Assembly (NCBI GenBank): GCA_965248535.1
Contig: CBDFJR010000005.1
Span: 896,001 to 960,000, forward strand
Source of the DNA: Phormidesmis sp.
Lineage (GTDB): Bacteria; Cyanobacteriota; Cyanobacteriia; Leptolyngbyales; Leptolyngbyaceae
Direction of reading: 5' to 3'
DNA: 64,000 nt
How positions within the stretch are numbered: position 1 is the first letter of the stretch; every line of letters begins with the position of its first letter. The notes under the pieces are model-generated. The model did not search any database and had not been told where the DNA came from. It saw nothing but the letters and a program-made list of their open reading frames with translations. A program made the translations under genes and the position numbers. Of this stretch, positions 9,612-20,419 are shown in pieces.

Positions 9612-10719
9612 ATGATTTTGATTATTCAAGAACGTGCAACACCAGAGCAAATGCGGCAAATGCTTCTGGAGTTGGGGATTTATATTAAAATTGGGCGTTG
9701 CATAATGAGGGTATGAATTAGGGTGAATTGGCATGGAATGTCCCGAATGCAACTCAACTCATATCCGTAAAAATGGAATCAAGAAAAGTAAGCAAAATCA
9801 CATTTGCGTCGATTGTGGTCGGCAATTTATTAATGTTTACGCCCCGCCCCAAGGCTATAGTGATGCGATGAAACGGGAATGTCTCAAAATGTATGTCAAC
9901 GGCATGGGTTTTCGGGGGATTGAGCGGGTTAAAGGCGTGCATCATACCACCCTGATTACTTGGGTCAGACAAGTCGGCGAACGCCTGCCGAATGCTTACT
10001 CTCCTGACAAAATACCCGAAGTCGGTGAGTTGGATGAATTGGAAACCTTCATTGGTCAAAAAAAACAAAATCTGGATCTGGACGGCCGTTGACCACTTCA
10101 GCCAAGGCATTTTAGGTTGGGTCTTAGGCGACCATAGTGCGGATACGTTCCGTCCGTTATGGACTATTGTGGCAACTTGGCAGTGCTATTTCTATGTCAC
10201 AGATGGTTGGTCAGTCTATCCCGGTTTCATTCCCGACGGTGACCAAATTATTTGCAAGACCTACATGACCCGCGTAGAAGGCGAAAATACGAGATTGAGA
10301 CACTATCTAGCTCGATTACATCGCCAGACACTTTGTTATTCCAAGTCAGCAGAAATGCTAGCATACTCGATTCGATTGTTACTTCACTACCTAAAATTTG
10401 GAGATGTCCCCGTAGCCCCGCTTGATTCATACCTTTATTCAGCAACGCCAAAATTGCAGTGGATGTTCAGCGAAAGATTTTGGCCGGAGGCGGGGAACTT
10501 CATGCAGATTGTGAGCGTGTTTTACTTAAGCATGGCAGCCACCAAGCGGCGCTTTGGGGGGCAGACTGGTATCCACTGAAGCAGGCGATCGGCTACGAAT
10601 CGATTATCAATATCCGGTCTGGTGATCACAACTGTTCCATGGAAGTCCAAGATCCTAAGTTGCGATCGCAAATGCATCAAATTATTCATGCACTGATGGG
10701 AGGTGTCGCATGGCAATAA
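9612..10719 (+). pseudogene. DUF5674 family gene interrupted by IS1
   Basis: Removing the IS and one target-site copy restores MILIIQERATPEQMRQMLLELGIYIKIAVDVQRKILAGGGELHADCE. Confidence 0.85.
9694..10449 (+). mobile_element. IS1-family insertion sequence (756 bp), insA/insB joined by a -1 frameshift
   Basis: Terminal inverted repeats GGCGTTGC...GGTATGAAT; 7-bp target duplication AAAATTG (9687-93 and 10450-56); CPEC..CVDC zinc ribbon; A8 run at 10058-65; DDE-type TDGW and EGEN motifs. Confidence 0.95.
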
Positions 10720-11081
10720 ATTGGGAAATGCTGAAGACACGTTATTTACGAGCCGACCTAAGGGTGCAGCTAGAGAGTTTGGTGCTTAATCTCACGCGGA
10801 TTCAAACACTGGCAGAGAATCATGACGGGGAAGCGGTTGCAAAGCATTTGGTGCGGGAGAGTCAGTTTTTCATTGAATGGACAGTTTCGAGCTTGGATTT
10901 GGAACAGAACATCATCATGGCAACGGATCTGGTAGATCTTCAACGTCAGCTTAGTGGATGGAAGTTGGATTGGTCAGAGTGTTGGAAAAATCTTCAGCAA
11001 CGGCAACAAATTGCACAACTGTCGCAGCAGTGGTGCGATCGCCTGGGAAATCTCCCTATGCCGTTGATCCAAGCGTTGTAA
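10710..11081 (+). CDS. Hypothetical protein coupled to the DUF5674 gene
   Basis: Overlaps the upstream stop; GGAGG RBS. Confidence 0.7.
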   Translation: MAINWEMLKTRYLRADLRVQLESLVLNLTRIQTLAENHDGEAVAKHLVRESQFFIEWTVSSLDLEQNIIMATDLVDLQRQLSGWKLDWSECWKNLQQRQQIAQLSQQWCDRLGNLPMPLIQAL

Positions 11082-11280
11082 AGATAATTACGGGAAGGAA
11101 CGAAGCGATCGCGCTTCTAGCCATCAAAAAGCGATCGCCCTCTGGATGGGAAAGGGCGATCGTCAGACGGCCCAATCGACAATTACTTCGGCAAACGGAT
11201 CGTTACTGAATAGGGTGCGTTTGCAGCAACAAGGCATCCTACAAGATCGGCGATCGCAACGTGCGATTGGCAAGATGGTT

Positions 11281-11631
11281 TCATCCATAGCCTAGTGTCA
11301 GCAAAACAGTTTCTTCGAGTTGGGCGATCGTAAATGGAGAAAGCTGTCCGAGTGGTTTGATGAGGCGAGTTTTATCCAAGACACGAAGTTGGAAGCAGAG
11401 AGCAACAGATGCTTGGGTGAGTCCGCCTTCGCCTTTAGGAATTGCTAAACAGATCGGGAGGGAGGCTCGACGCTGGTTGATGGTAAGTGGGATGGTAAGG
11501 ATGGTGCTGGAATATTGGGAAACGAGATCATTTTGGAAAATGATGACAGGTCTGATGCCTGACTGTTCTGAGCCTTGGGTAGGGTTCAGATCGGCGATCC
11601 AAATTTCACCCCGAAGTATCCGTTGACTCAT
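11281..11631 (-). CDS. PemK/MazF-family toxin
   Basis: RGEIWIADLNPTQGSEQSGIRPVII. Confidence 0.92.
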   Translation of the reverse strand: MSQRILRGEIWIADLNPTQGSEQSGIRPVIIFQNDLVSQYSSTILTIPLTINQRRASLPICLAIPKGEGGLTQASVALCFQLRVLDKTRLIKPLGQLSPFTIAQLEETVLLTLGYG

Positions 11632-11858
11632 GATTCGTCTTCGTGAGCGAGGAGGATGGCGTAGTCACTCATGCCCGCTTCAGACATGGCTCGATCGTCG
11701 TCGGCAAATTCAGCCAGGGCAGCGAATTGATTTGGCTCGATCGATCGCGTAGCATGATCGCGAAATTGGAGGAAGGCGATGAAATCGGCAACTTGTTGAA
11801 GTTGATGGCTGTTGAGACGATCGATATCTTGTTTGAGGTGTTCGCGAGTGAGTTGCAT
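11628..11858 (-). CDS. Putative antitoxin (DUF2281-like)
   Basis: Small acidic ORF with ATGA overlap onto the toxin gene. Confidence 0.7.
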   Translation of the reverse strand: MQLTREHLKQDIDRLNSHQLQQVADFIAFLQFRDHATRSIEPNQFAALAEFADDDRAMSEAGMSDYAILLAHEDES

Positions 11859-12068
11859 AGCGATCGACGTGCGGATAGTAGCTCAATTTTATCGCATCGA
11901 TTGCTGGGCTTATGCCCAAAAAAACGATCGCTCTGAATAGTTAATGTGGCGATCTCTAAAAAAGTCAGATGATCTCTGTAAAGTTACTGGAAATTTCTCC
12001 AGGATTTATCTAGAGATGAGAATTATTCGGTGAATATAATTACCAATACCTTGTCATTCACCTCAGTC

Positions 12069-15000
12069 ATGACGATCGCCCAAACCATCCAAACGATCGA
12101 GCGCCTGCTTCCTCAAGGACATCTGACTAAAATTCAAACCCTTATATTGCAACAGTCCTGGGAAGGGCGATCCTACCTGGAAATTGCTAGAGAATTTGGC
12201 TACGATCCCGGCTACATCAAAGATACGGGTGCCAAACTGTGGCAGCAGATCTCTGGTGCTCTGGGTGAAAAAGTCACTAAGCAAAACTTAAAGGGGGTTG
12301 TGAATCGAGCCGTTTGGCGGCAGGGCAGCACTCAAACCTCACAGTCTTGGCTTGACTGGGGTGACGCGAAAACTTCGTGGGGAGACGCGATCGACGTTTC
12401 TATCTTCTACGATCGCACTCAAGAACTCGCCACCCTGCAAACCTGGGCTGTTCACGATCGTTGTCGGTTGGTGGCGCTGCTCGGCATGGGCGGCGTGGGC
12501 AAAACGTCGCTCTCCGTCAAGCTGGCAGAAGACATCCAGAGCGAGTTTGAGTATTTGATCTGGCGATCGCTGCGAGAGGCACCCCCGATCGACGAACTCC
12601 TGACCACCCTGATTCAGTTTCTCTCTCAACCGCAAGACACCGACTTACCCAAAAGTGTAGGGGACAAACTCTCTTGCCTGATCCGACTGTTGAAGCGATC
12701 GCGCTGTCTGCTCATTCTCGACAACTTTGAGACGGTGCTGCAAAGTGGCACCTATACAGGAACCTATCGGGATGGGTATGAGATGTATGGTGAACTGCTG
12801 AAGCGAGTCGGCGAGATCGCCCATCAGAGTTGCTTGGTGTTTACTAGCCGAGAGAAGCCCCAAGAAGTCTGTATCATGGAGGGCGATCGCGGCCCCATCC
12901 GGTCACTGCCCCTAGCTGGTTTGGATGTCACAGCAGGACAACACATTCTCAATGCTAAAGGTTTGGGTGGAGCAATAGACGATCGAGAACAGTTGATTGC
13001 TCACTATCGAGGAAATCCTCTGGCGCTGAAAATGGCAGCGACTTCGATTCAAGACTTGTTTTCAGGCAACATTGCTCAATTTTTAGAGCAGGGAACCGTT
13101 GCCTTTAATGGCATTGGTCACTTGATTAAACAACAGTGCGATCGCCTCACAACGTCAGAACAAACCGTGATGAACTGGCTGGCGATTAATCGGGAACCTG
13201 TGACGATCGAAGACCTTCAAACCGATCTAGTGACTAAACTGTCTCAGCCCAAGCTGATTACAGTGTTGGAGTCTTTGCGCTGGCGGAGTTTGATTGAAAG
13301 CAGCGCGAGCGGCTTTACCCAGCAGCCTGTCGTGATGGAATCTGTGACTGAATCGTTGATTGAGCAAATCGCCCATGAAATTGTTGCACAACAGCCGCAG
13401 GTCTTTCTCAGTCATGCGCTGATTAAAGCTCAGGTCAAAGACTATATTCGAGATAGTCAGATTCGGGTGATTTTGCAACCGTTGCTCGATCGTCTGCTGA
13501 CACAACTCGGCTCACCCAAACAACTAGAACACACGCTGCATCGTCTGTTGGCGCATTTGAGAGACAACATTGCTCCTTCACCTAACTATGGTGCAGGTAA
13601 TCTGCTCAATTTGTTTCGTCAATTAGAAACCGATGTGACAGGCTACAATTTCTCTGGCTTGAGTATTCGGCAGGCCTATCTGCAAGATGTCAATCTGCAT
13701 CAGGTAAATTTTACGGCGGCTGAGTTTATCAACTGTGCCTTTGCTTCTACTTTTGGCGGGGTCACGTCAGTTGCCTTCAGCCCCGACGGCCACCAACTAG
13801 CCACCAGCGATACCAACGGCAGCATTCAGATCTGGAGCGTGAAGGATGGTGAACAACTGGTTCTTTGCACTGGGCATAACAGTTGGGTGTGGAGTGTTGC
13901 CTACAGTCCCTCGCGGCCGATGCTTGCTAGTGGTGGTCAAGATCATCAGGTGCGGCTGTGGGATAGTCACACTGGACAATGCCTTCAACTGCTAGAAGGG
14001 CACACGGGAATTGTTACCTCGATCGCGTTTAGCGCCGATGGTCAGTGGCTTGCTAGCACGAGCGGCGATCAAACCATTCGACTCTGGAACGTTGGGACTG
14101 GGCAGTGTGTACAGACGCTCCAGGGTCATGCAGCCTGTGTCTGGAATGCAGTGTTTCATCCCGATGGCAAGACTCTTTTCAGTGCAGGAGAAGACAATAT
14201 TATTCGACATTGGGATCTTGAAAGTGGACAATGTGTGCAAACCCTAATAGGACATCAGAATTGGGTGAGAGCGATCGCCATCAGTCCCGATGGGCAACAA
14301 TTGGTTAGCGGCAGCTTTGATCACACCCTAAAACTCTGGGATGTCTCTAGGGGCAATTGTTTAGCGACTTTGAGCGGTCATCATAAACCCGTAACCTGCG
14401 TCACCTTTAGCACTGATGGCAGAACCCTAGCGAGCAGCAGCTATGACCAGTCTGTGAAACTCTGGTGCGTTGCTTCTCAACAATGTGTGCAAACGCTTAC
14501 AAGCCATCGGAACATTGTTTGGTCGGTTGCCGTTCATCCTACTCAGCGGCTGCTGGCTAGTGGGGGTGAAGACTATACCGCTCGTCTCTGGGATCTTCAG
14601 ACTAGACGATGCACCAAAACGCTGCAAGGACACAGCAACTCAATTTATACGATTTGCTTGGCAAGCCCTAACGGGAACGCTCTCAGCCCTCACCATCACC
14701 TACTGGCTAGTGGACACGAAGATCAAACCCTTAAACTCTGGGACTTCAATCAACAAACGCTGTCTCATTCCTCTCTGCCTCTCCCGTTTCGCACTCTGCG
14801 CGGGCATAGCGGACGAGTATTATCCGTGGCATTTAGTCCCGATGCTCAAATTCTGGCCAGTGCTAGCTCCGATCGCACCATCAAACTCTGGAACCCGCAT
14901 ACTGGGAAGTGTTTAAAGACGTTGCAGGATCACACTAGTTGGGTCTGGGCGATCGCATTCCATCCCAACAGCAAGCTGATTGCTAGTGCCAGCTATGACC

Positions 15001-15653
15001 ACACGGTTAGACTCTGGGACGTTGAGACGGGCGATTGTTTACACACGCTCAAGGAACATACCAGTTCAGTTTTGTCGGTTGCCTTTAGCCCTGATGGACA
15101 GTGGTTAGTCAGTGGTGGATATGAGCGAATGATTAAACTGTGGCACCCTAAAACTGGGCAGTGTCTCCAGACCTTGCAAGCCCATCTGAATCGCATTTGG
15201 GCAGTGACCTTTAGCCCAGATAGTCGGTGGCTAGCAACTGGGGGCGACGATCGTACCCTCAAACTCTGGGATGTGGCAACAGGGCGCTGCATCAGAACCT
15301 TTGAAGGCCATACAAGCCAGGTTTTATCACTGCTGTTTAGTAGCGATGGCGAAAATCTGATCAGCAGCAGTGCCGACCAAACGATCCGCATCTGGGATGT
15401 GGCAACAGGCCACTGCACAGCGATTCTGCAACACCACCAAAACTGGGTGTGGTCACTTACTCAGTCTTATGACGATGGCATTCTCTTGAGCAGCAGTCAG
15501 GATGAAACGGTCACAGCTTGGAATCTTGAGACGGGAACACACTTAAAAACCCTGCGCTGTCTTCGCCCCTATGAAGGAACCACGATCGCTAAAGCAGCAG
15601 GTTTGACAGCAGCCCAGAAAGCAACGCTGCAAGCATTAGGCGCGTCGCACTAA
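12069..15653 (+). CDS. STAND protein: N-terminal wHTH, NB-ARC, pentapeptide-like segment, WD40 repeats
   Basis: Walker A GMGGVGKT, Walker B LLILDNFE, GNPLAL, many GH...WD repeats. Confidence 0.92.
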   Translation: MTIAQTIQTIERLLPQGHLTKIQTLILQQSWEGRSYLEIAREFGYDPGYIKDTGAKLWQQISGALGEKVTKQNLKGVVNRAVWRQGSTQTSQSWLDWGDAKTSWGDAIDVSIFYDRTQELATLQTWAVHDRCRLVALLGMGGVGKTSLSVKLAEDIQSEFEYLIWRSLREAPPIDELLTTLIQFLSQPQDTDLPKSVGDKLSCLIRLLKRSRCLLILDNFETVLQSGTYTGTYRDGYEMYGELLKRVGEIAHQSCLVFTSREKPQEVCIMEGDRGPIRSLPLAGLDVTAGQHILNAKGLGGAIDDREQLIAHYRGNPLALKMAATSIQDLFSGNIAQFLEQGTVAFNGIGHLIKQQCDRLTTSEQTVMNWLAINREPVTIEDLQTDLVTKLSQPKLITVLESLRWRSLIESSASGFTQQPVVMESVTESLIEQIAHEIVAQQPQVFLSHALIKAQVKDYIRDSQIRVILQPLLDRLLTQLGSPKQLEHTLHRLLAHLRDNIAPSPNYGAGNLLNLFRQLETDVTGYNFSGLSIRQAYLQDVNLHQVNFTAAEFINCAFASTFGGVTSVAFSPDGHQLATSDTNGSIQIWSVKDGEQLVLCTGHNSWVWSVAYSPSRPMLASGGQDHQVRLWDSHTGQCLQLLEGHTGIVTSIAFSADGQWLASTSGDQTIRLWNVGTGQCVQTLQGHAACVWNAVFHPDGKTLFSAGEDNIIRHWDLESGQCVQTLIGHQNWVRAIAISPDGQQLVSGSFDHTLKLWDVSRGNCLATLSGHHKPVTCVTFSTDGRTLASSSYDQSVKLWCVASQQCVQTLTSHRNIVWSVAVHPTQRLLASGGEDYTARLWDLQTRRCTKTLQGHSNSIYTICLASPNGNALSPHHHLLASGHEDQTLKLWDFNQQTLSHSSLPLPFRTLRGHSGRVLSVAFSPDAQILASASSDRTIKLWNPHTGKCLKTLQDHTSWVWAIAFHPNSKLIASASYDHTVRLWDVETGDCLHTLKEHTSSVLSVAFSPDGQWLVSGGYERMIKLWHPKTGQCLQTLQAHLNRIWAVTFSPDSRWLATGGDDRTLKLWDVATGRCIRTFEGHTSQVLSLLFSSDGENLISSSADQTIRIWDVATGHCTAILQHHQNWVWSLTQSYDDGILLSSSQDETVTAWNLETGTHLKTLRCLRPYEGTTIAKAAGLTAAQKATLQALGASH

Positions 15654-15669
15654 TCTTTCATTAATCTCT

Positions 15670-16830
15670 TTAAAGCGCCGTTTCCATCCGGGCTTTCATG
15701 GCTTTGGCTGCTAGGGCATAGCCTCCATCAGCACCATCGACGAAGTGCACTTGTCGCCCATTGCGATCGAACACCAAACACGTTAGTAGGGCCCGATCGC
15801 TGACGTGCAGACCATAGACCAGCTTACCCGATCGATATTTCTGCTCTAAATAGCTGGTCAGTTTCTCTCGCTGGTGGGCATCTCCAGCGATCACCATTCG
15901 CAGCATGTCATCAAATTTGCGGTAATCAGTGGCGGCTGCCACCACGTCTTGATATTCACCCCAATCTGTTCCGCCAATGTTGAGTTTAAATCTCATGAAG
16001 AGCCAGCCGAGCAGATTTTCAAACTGAATTTTGATCAGATAGATGAGTTTGCTGAACCAGTGTTTGCTGGGGGCACGAATTTTAGTTTCTTTAATGAGTT
16101 TGTTGGGGCTAAAGGACAAAGAAAGACGATCGCGGGTGATGGGGTTGTGACTGTCGCCTGCTCCATAGATTTGTTGAATTTGTTCGATCACGTCTCGATA
16201 TTGTTCATTTTGAGTTGCCAACACTAATAAACTAATGGTTTCTCCATAGCGGCTGGGGATGTCTTGCCAACGACACTCTAAGCCCGAAAAGTTGGCTGGA
16301 GAATTGACCTTCATCAGATTTAGCGTGTAGAGGTGCGCCGTTGCCTGATCTTTGACTAAATCAGTGGCGTAGGTCAATCCGCCGCCCATAAAAACGGCCT
16401 GACTGTAGTTTTTAGAAATCTCTAGTTTGGCAATGTCAACAGGGTGCCCCGCTTGAGTCGCCACCCAGACCGGAACGATGCCCACTCGCAGGCTGAGAGC
16501 AAATTCATCTTTGGCGAGGGTTTGAATGGCGCGCAGCGATCGGGTGGTTTCTTCGAGCAACGTGGGCGGAATCAGCAGCGAAGCCCCATCGCCCCCAAAC
16601 ACAAAGGGAACATCAATTTCGTCGGCGACATTGAGAACCGAGACGATCGAGCAAGCCCCCAACAAATTGACATCTTTATAGCGCCCCTGCTCAATGGCAC
16701 GAGTTGAGCCGATAATATCAGTAATCACAATCAGCCAATCCTCCGGGACGGCCACAAAATTGTCATGATCAGTGATTTGCACAAAGTCGGTCAAGACAGG
16801 TAAATCGGAATAGAAATACCGAGTAGGCAT
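15670..16830 (-). CDS. DUF3095 family protein
   Basis: FGGDGA, SGLECRW, RKFDD and HFVDGADGGY motifs. Confidence 0.85.
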   Translation of the reverse strand: MPTRYFYSDLPVLTDFVQITDHDNFVAVPEDWLIVITDIIGSTRAIEQGRYKDVNLLGACSIVSVLNVADEIDVPFVFGGDGASLLIPPTLLEETTRSLRAIQTLAKDEFALSLRVGIVPVWVATQAGHPVDIAKLEISKNYSQAVFMGGGLTYATDLVKDQATAHLYTLNLMKVNSPANFSGLECRWQDIPSRYGETISLLVLATQNEQYRDVIEQIQQIYGAGDSHNPITRDRLSLSFSPNKLIKETKIRAPSKHWFSKLIYLIKIQFENLLGWLFMRFKLNIGGTDWGEYQDVVAAATDYRKFDDMLRMVIAGDAHQREKLTSYLEQKYRSGKLVYGLHVSDRALLTCLVFDRNGRQVHFVDGADGGYALAAKAMKARMETAL

Positions 16831-16898
16831 GGGGTTGGCTCACCGTAGGCTTTGTATACTTTAATACTGTTACGGAATTATCTCTGGACTGGATTTAG

Positions 16899-17291
16899 TT
16901 GTTTGATGTGAGTTTAATGAACCTTTTGCAAAGTCTTCAAGATGACTATCAGCGCTTCCCAGACGATCAAACCTATGGTCTCTACGCTGAAGATGTTTAC
17001 TTTAAAGACCCGTTGAGTGAGTTTCGGGGGCGCGATCGCTATCAGCAAACGATCGGCTTTATTAAAACCTGGTTTCTCAACGTCAAGATGGATCTTCATA
17101 CTATTCAACGCACGGGCGATCTGATCCGAACGGACTGGACGTTGAGTTGGAACACCCCCCTACCCTGGAAGCCTCGCATCTCGATTAGCGGATGGAGTGA
17201 GTTAACGGTGAACGCAGATGATCTCATCGTGTCACACCTTGATTATTGGCATTGTTCACGATTAGACGTGCTGAAACAACACTTTTGGTAG
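16899..17291 (+). CDS. DUF2358 (SnoaL/NTF2-like) protein
   Basis: YAEDVYFKDP...PLPWKP...HLDYW. Confidence 0.85.
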   Translation: MFDVSLMNLLQSLQDDYQRFPDDQTYGLYAEDVYFKDPLSEFRGRDRYQQTIGFIKTWFLNVKMDLHTIQRTGDLIRTDWTLSWNTPLPWKPRISISGWSELTVNADDLIVSHLDYWHCSRLDVLKQHFW

Positions 17292-17382
17292 AGATGCCCC
17301 ATCCCCAAAGCCTGTTTCCTATGGGAGAATGAAGTTAGGTAAAAGAATGTAAACAATTCTCAGGTAAGGACTTCGATCGACC

Positions 17383-18573
17383 ATGCGTGTAATCTTAATG
17401 ACCGGGAAGGGCGGCGTTGGCAAAACTTCTGTGGCCGCTGCGACTGGGCTGCGCTGTGCAGAGCTTGGCTATCGAACCCTTGTCTTGAGCACTGACCCCG
17501 CTCACTCGCTGGCGGATAGTTTTGATCTAGAGTTAGGCCACGAGCCAAAGCTAGTTCGTCCCAATCTGTGGGGTGCCGAACTGGATGCTCTAATGGAGCT
17601 AGAAGGCAACTGGGGTGCGGTCAAGCGCTATATCACCCAAGTTTTGCAGGCGCGAGGGTTAGACGGCATTCAAGCCGAAGAACTGGCGATTTTGCCAGGG
17701 ATGGATGAGATTTTTGGGCTGGTGCGAATGAAGCGCCACTACGACGAGGGCACCTATGACGTGCTGATCATCGATTCTGCACCCACGGGAACGGCGCTGC
17801 GATTGCTCAGTCTGCCCGAAGTCGGCGGCTGGTATATGCGGAAATTTTATAAGCCATTTCAAGGCATCTCGGTGGCGTTGCGTCCTTTAGTGGAACCGAT
17901 TTTTCGCCCGATCGCGGGCTTTTCTCTGCCCAACAAAGAGGTGATGGATGCACCCTTTGAGTTTTATGAGCAGATCGAAGCGCTGCAAAAAGTCTTGATC
18001 GACAACACTCAAACCTCGGTGCGGCTCGTCACCAATCCTGAAAAGATGGTGATCAAAGAGTCGCTGCGCGCTCATGCTTACCTGAGTTTGTATAACGTTT
18101 CAACCGATTTAATTATCGCCAATCGGATCATTCCTGAATCGGTCACCGATCCATTCTTCAAACGCTGGAAAGAAAATCAGGCGCAATATCGTCAAGAAAT
18201 TCACGACAACTTTGCGCCGTTGCCCGTCAAAGAAGTGCCGCTCTATTCAGAAGAAATGTGTGGGTTAGAGGCGCTCGATCGCTTAAAAGAAACTCTCTAC
18301 CCCAACAACGAAGATCCGGCACAGGTCTACTACAAAGAAACAACGCTGCGAGTGGTGCAAGATCAAGGTCAATACAGTCTCGAAATTTATCTACCAGGCA
18401 TCGAAAAAAGTCAGGTCGAACTCAGCAAAACGGGCGACGAGTTAAACGTCAGAATTGGAAATCACCGCCGCAATTTAGTCTTGCCTCAAGCGTTGGCGGC
18501 TCTAAACCCGGCTGGGGCAAAGATGGAAGATGACTATCTCAAAATCCGGTTTGCCTCTCCAGCACAGGTTTAG
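17383..18573 (+). CDS. ArsA/GET3-family ATPase with HSP20-like C-terminus
   Basis: [15 protein letters not shown] and DSAPTG motifs. Confidence 0.92.
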   Translation: MRVILMTGKGGVGKTSVAAATGLRCAELGYRTLVLSTDPAHSLADSFDLELGHEPKLVRPNLWGAELDALMELEGNWGAVKRYITQVLQARGLDGIQAEELAILPGMDEIFGLVRMKRHYDEGTYDVLIIDSAPTGTALRLLSLPEVGGWYMRKFYKPFQGISVALRPLVEPIFRPIAGFSLPNKEVMDAPFEFYEQIEALQKVLIDNTQTSVRLVTNPEKMVIKESLRAHAYLSLYNVSTDLIIANRIIPESVTDPFFKRWKENQAQYRQEIHDNFAPLPVKEVPLYSEEMCGLEALDRLKETLYPNNEDPAQVYYKETTLRVVQDQGQYSLEIYLPGIEKSQVELSKTGDELNVRIGNHRRNLVLPQALAALNPAGAKMEDDYLKIRFASPAQV

Positions 18574-18576
18574 AGG

Positions 18577-19884
18577 CTATTCAGCTTCGACGGATAGGGC
18601 TTCTTCAAACGCGGGTTCGATCGTTGATTTGGGGTGTTTGCCATCTAGGAGACAGCTTACGGTCATGTCGCCCATGACATTGATGGCGGTGCGACAGCGA
18701 TCGAGAAACCAATCGACCGTCACCAAAATCGCAATATATTGAGTGGGCAACCCCACCGACGAAAACACCAGCGTCATCGTCACCAAGCCCGCGTTGGGAA
18801 TTCCGGCTGCGCCCACCGAGGCAAAAATCGAGGTCAAAATGACGATGATCTGCTGGGGGAAGGGCAGATTTTGGCCAATCACCTGAGCAATAAACAGCGC
18901 AGCCATCGCTTCATAAAGCGCGGTGCCGTCATTGTTGAAGTTGCTGCCGACTAAGGCACCTAGCGATGCAGAAGACTCTCGCAATCCCACTTTGGTTTGC
19001 AGCGCCTCAAAGGTGACGGGCATGGCCACCGTTGAAGAAGATGTCGAAAAAGCCGTGAAGAATGCATCTGATCCGCCCGATAAAAATCTTGCAGGACTGA
19101 CCCACGAGCCGAGCTTGACGCGAGTTAGATAGTAGCAGGCTTGCAAAAACAGAGCCAGCAACACGGCTAAAATAAATGCCGCAAGCGACTGAAACGGCGC
19201 AAAGCCTTCTAGAGCGATCGTTCTAGCCACGATGCCAAACACCGCTAATGGAATCAAAACAATCACCCAGGTGAGCACGCGAATAATCGCTTCATATAAA
19301 AACGTGATCACTTGCTCTAGCGGCTTATAGTCAGCTTTACCTGCCTTGGTCTGCTCTGATTTGAGGGCGCGCAGGGCAATGCCAAAGGTCAGCGCGATTA
19401 CGATTAGCTGAATCACGTTATTATCAACCAAGGGTTTGAGCACTGCATCAGGAACGCTGCTTTGCACCAGCGACCAGGGATCGACCGTTACACTGCCCGT
19501 GCTGCCTCCGGCGGGTTTGTTGATCTGCCCCCAGGTGCCGGGTCGGACGATATTGGCGACGAGCAAGCCAATCACGATCGCCACCGTTGTGTTGGTCAAC
19601 AGCAGCGCCGTTAATTTGCGCCCCGATCGACCGGGAATATTAGCGGTCATAAAGGTGTGCAGCACGGCCATCAAAATCAATGGAGTCGCCAAAGCACGGA
19701 GGGCTTTGAGAATCAAATCGCAGGGAACCGCCAGATTATTAATAATCGCTTTGTTATTGGGATCGGGATTTCCAGCACCGAAGAAAATGCCCACGACGAT
19801 CGCTAAAATCAGCGCCACTAAAATTTGCACATAAAGCGGAATTGATTTGCCAAACAAACGAATGCCCGATTCAGCGTCACTCAT
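18577..19884 (-). CDS. Dicarboxylate/amino acid:cation symporter
   Basis: FSTSSS, NNDGTALY and DRCRTAINV motifs. Confidence 0.92.
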   Translation of the reverse strand: MSDAESGIRLFGKSIPLYVQILVALILAIVVGIFFGAGNPDPNNKAIINNLAVPCDLILKALRALATPLILMAVLHTFMTANIPGRSGRKLTALLLTNTTVAIVIGLLVANIVRPGTWGQINKPAGGSTGSVTVDPWSLVQSSVPDAVLKPLVDNNVIQLIVIALTFGIALRALKSEQTKAGKADYKPLEQVITFLYEAIIRVLTWVIVLIPLAVFGIVARTIALEGFAPFQSLAAFILAVLLALFLQACYYLTRVKLGSWVSPARFLSGGSDAFFTAFSTSSSTVAMPVTFEALQTKVGLRESSASLGALVGSNFNNDGTALYEAMAALFIAQVIGQNLPFPQQIIVILTSIFASVGAAGIPNAGLVTMTLVFSSVGLPTQYIAILVTVDWFLDRCRTAINVMGDMTVSCLLDGKHPKSTIEPAFEEALSVEAE

Positions 19885-20029
19885 ACCTTCGCCCCGATAG
19901 TGTAATCAATGGTGCATTCACAGTACTCTTAGAATCTTCCCCATGATTGGATTCTTTAGGATTTGAGAAAGTGTCCTGCAATCCCGTTTCTAAAGGATTA
20001 GGATCGGTTTTCTAAGAGAATTTTAGATT

Positions 20030-20419
20030 ATGCCTCAGTGGAAACTCACAACCGAATTCACATTTAATGCGGCTCACTCAATTCGTGACTATGACGGCCC
20101 CTGTGGGCGACTGCACGGGCACACCTACACCGTGCGGATGGAAGCGACGAGCGATCGCCTGCACGCTTCAGACTATTGCCCTCACGCGGTCATGGTGGCA
20201 GACTTTAGAACGCTCAAATGGGCCAAGCGCGACGTGCTCAAAGGCGGACTCGATCACTGCAATCTCAATGACGTGCTGCCAGATGGCTATGAGTCAACGT
20301 CAGAAATGATTGCTCAATATATCTACGATAAAACTAAAAAAACTTTACCTGCGGGCATCAAGCTCAAAGTCGCCGTGTCAGAATCTCCCCACTCGTGGGC
20401 GGAATATGAAGATGATTAA
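20030..20419 (+). CDS. queD: 6-carboxytetrahydropterin synthase
   Basis: FNAAH, CGRLHGHTY and LDH motifs; adjacent to queE. Confidence 0.9.
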   Translation: MPQWKLTTEFTFNAAHSIRDYDGPCGRLHGHTYTVRMEATSDRLHASDYCPHAVMVADFRTLKWAKRDVLKGGLDHCNLNDVLPDGYESTSEMIAQYIYDKTKKTLPAGIKLKVAVSESPHSWAEYEDD

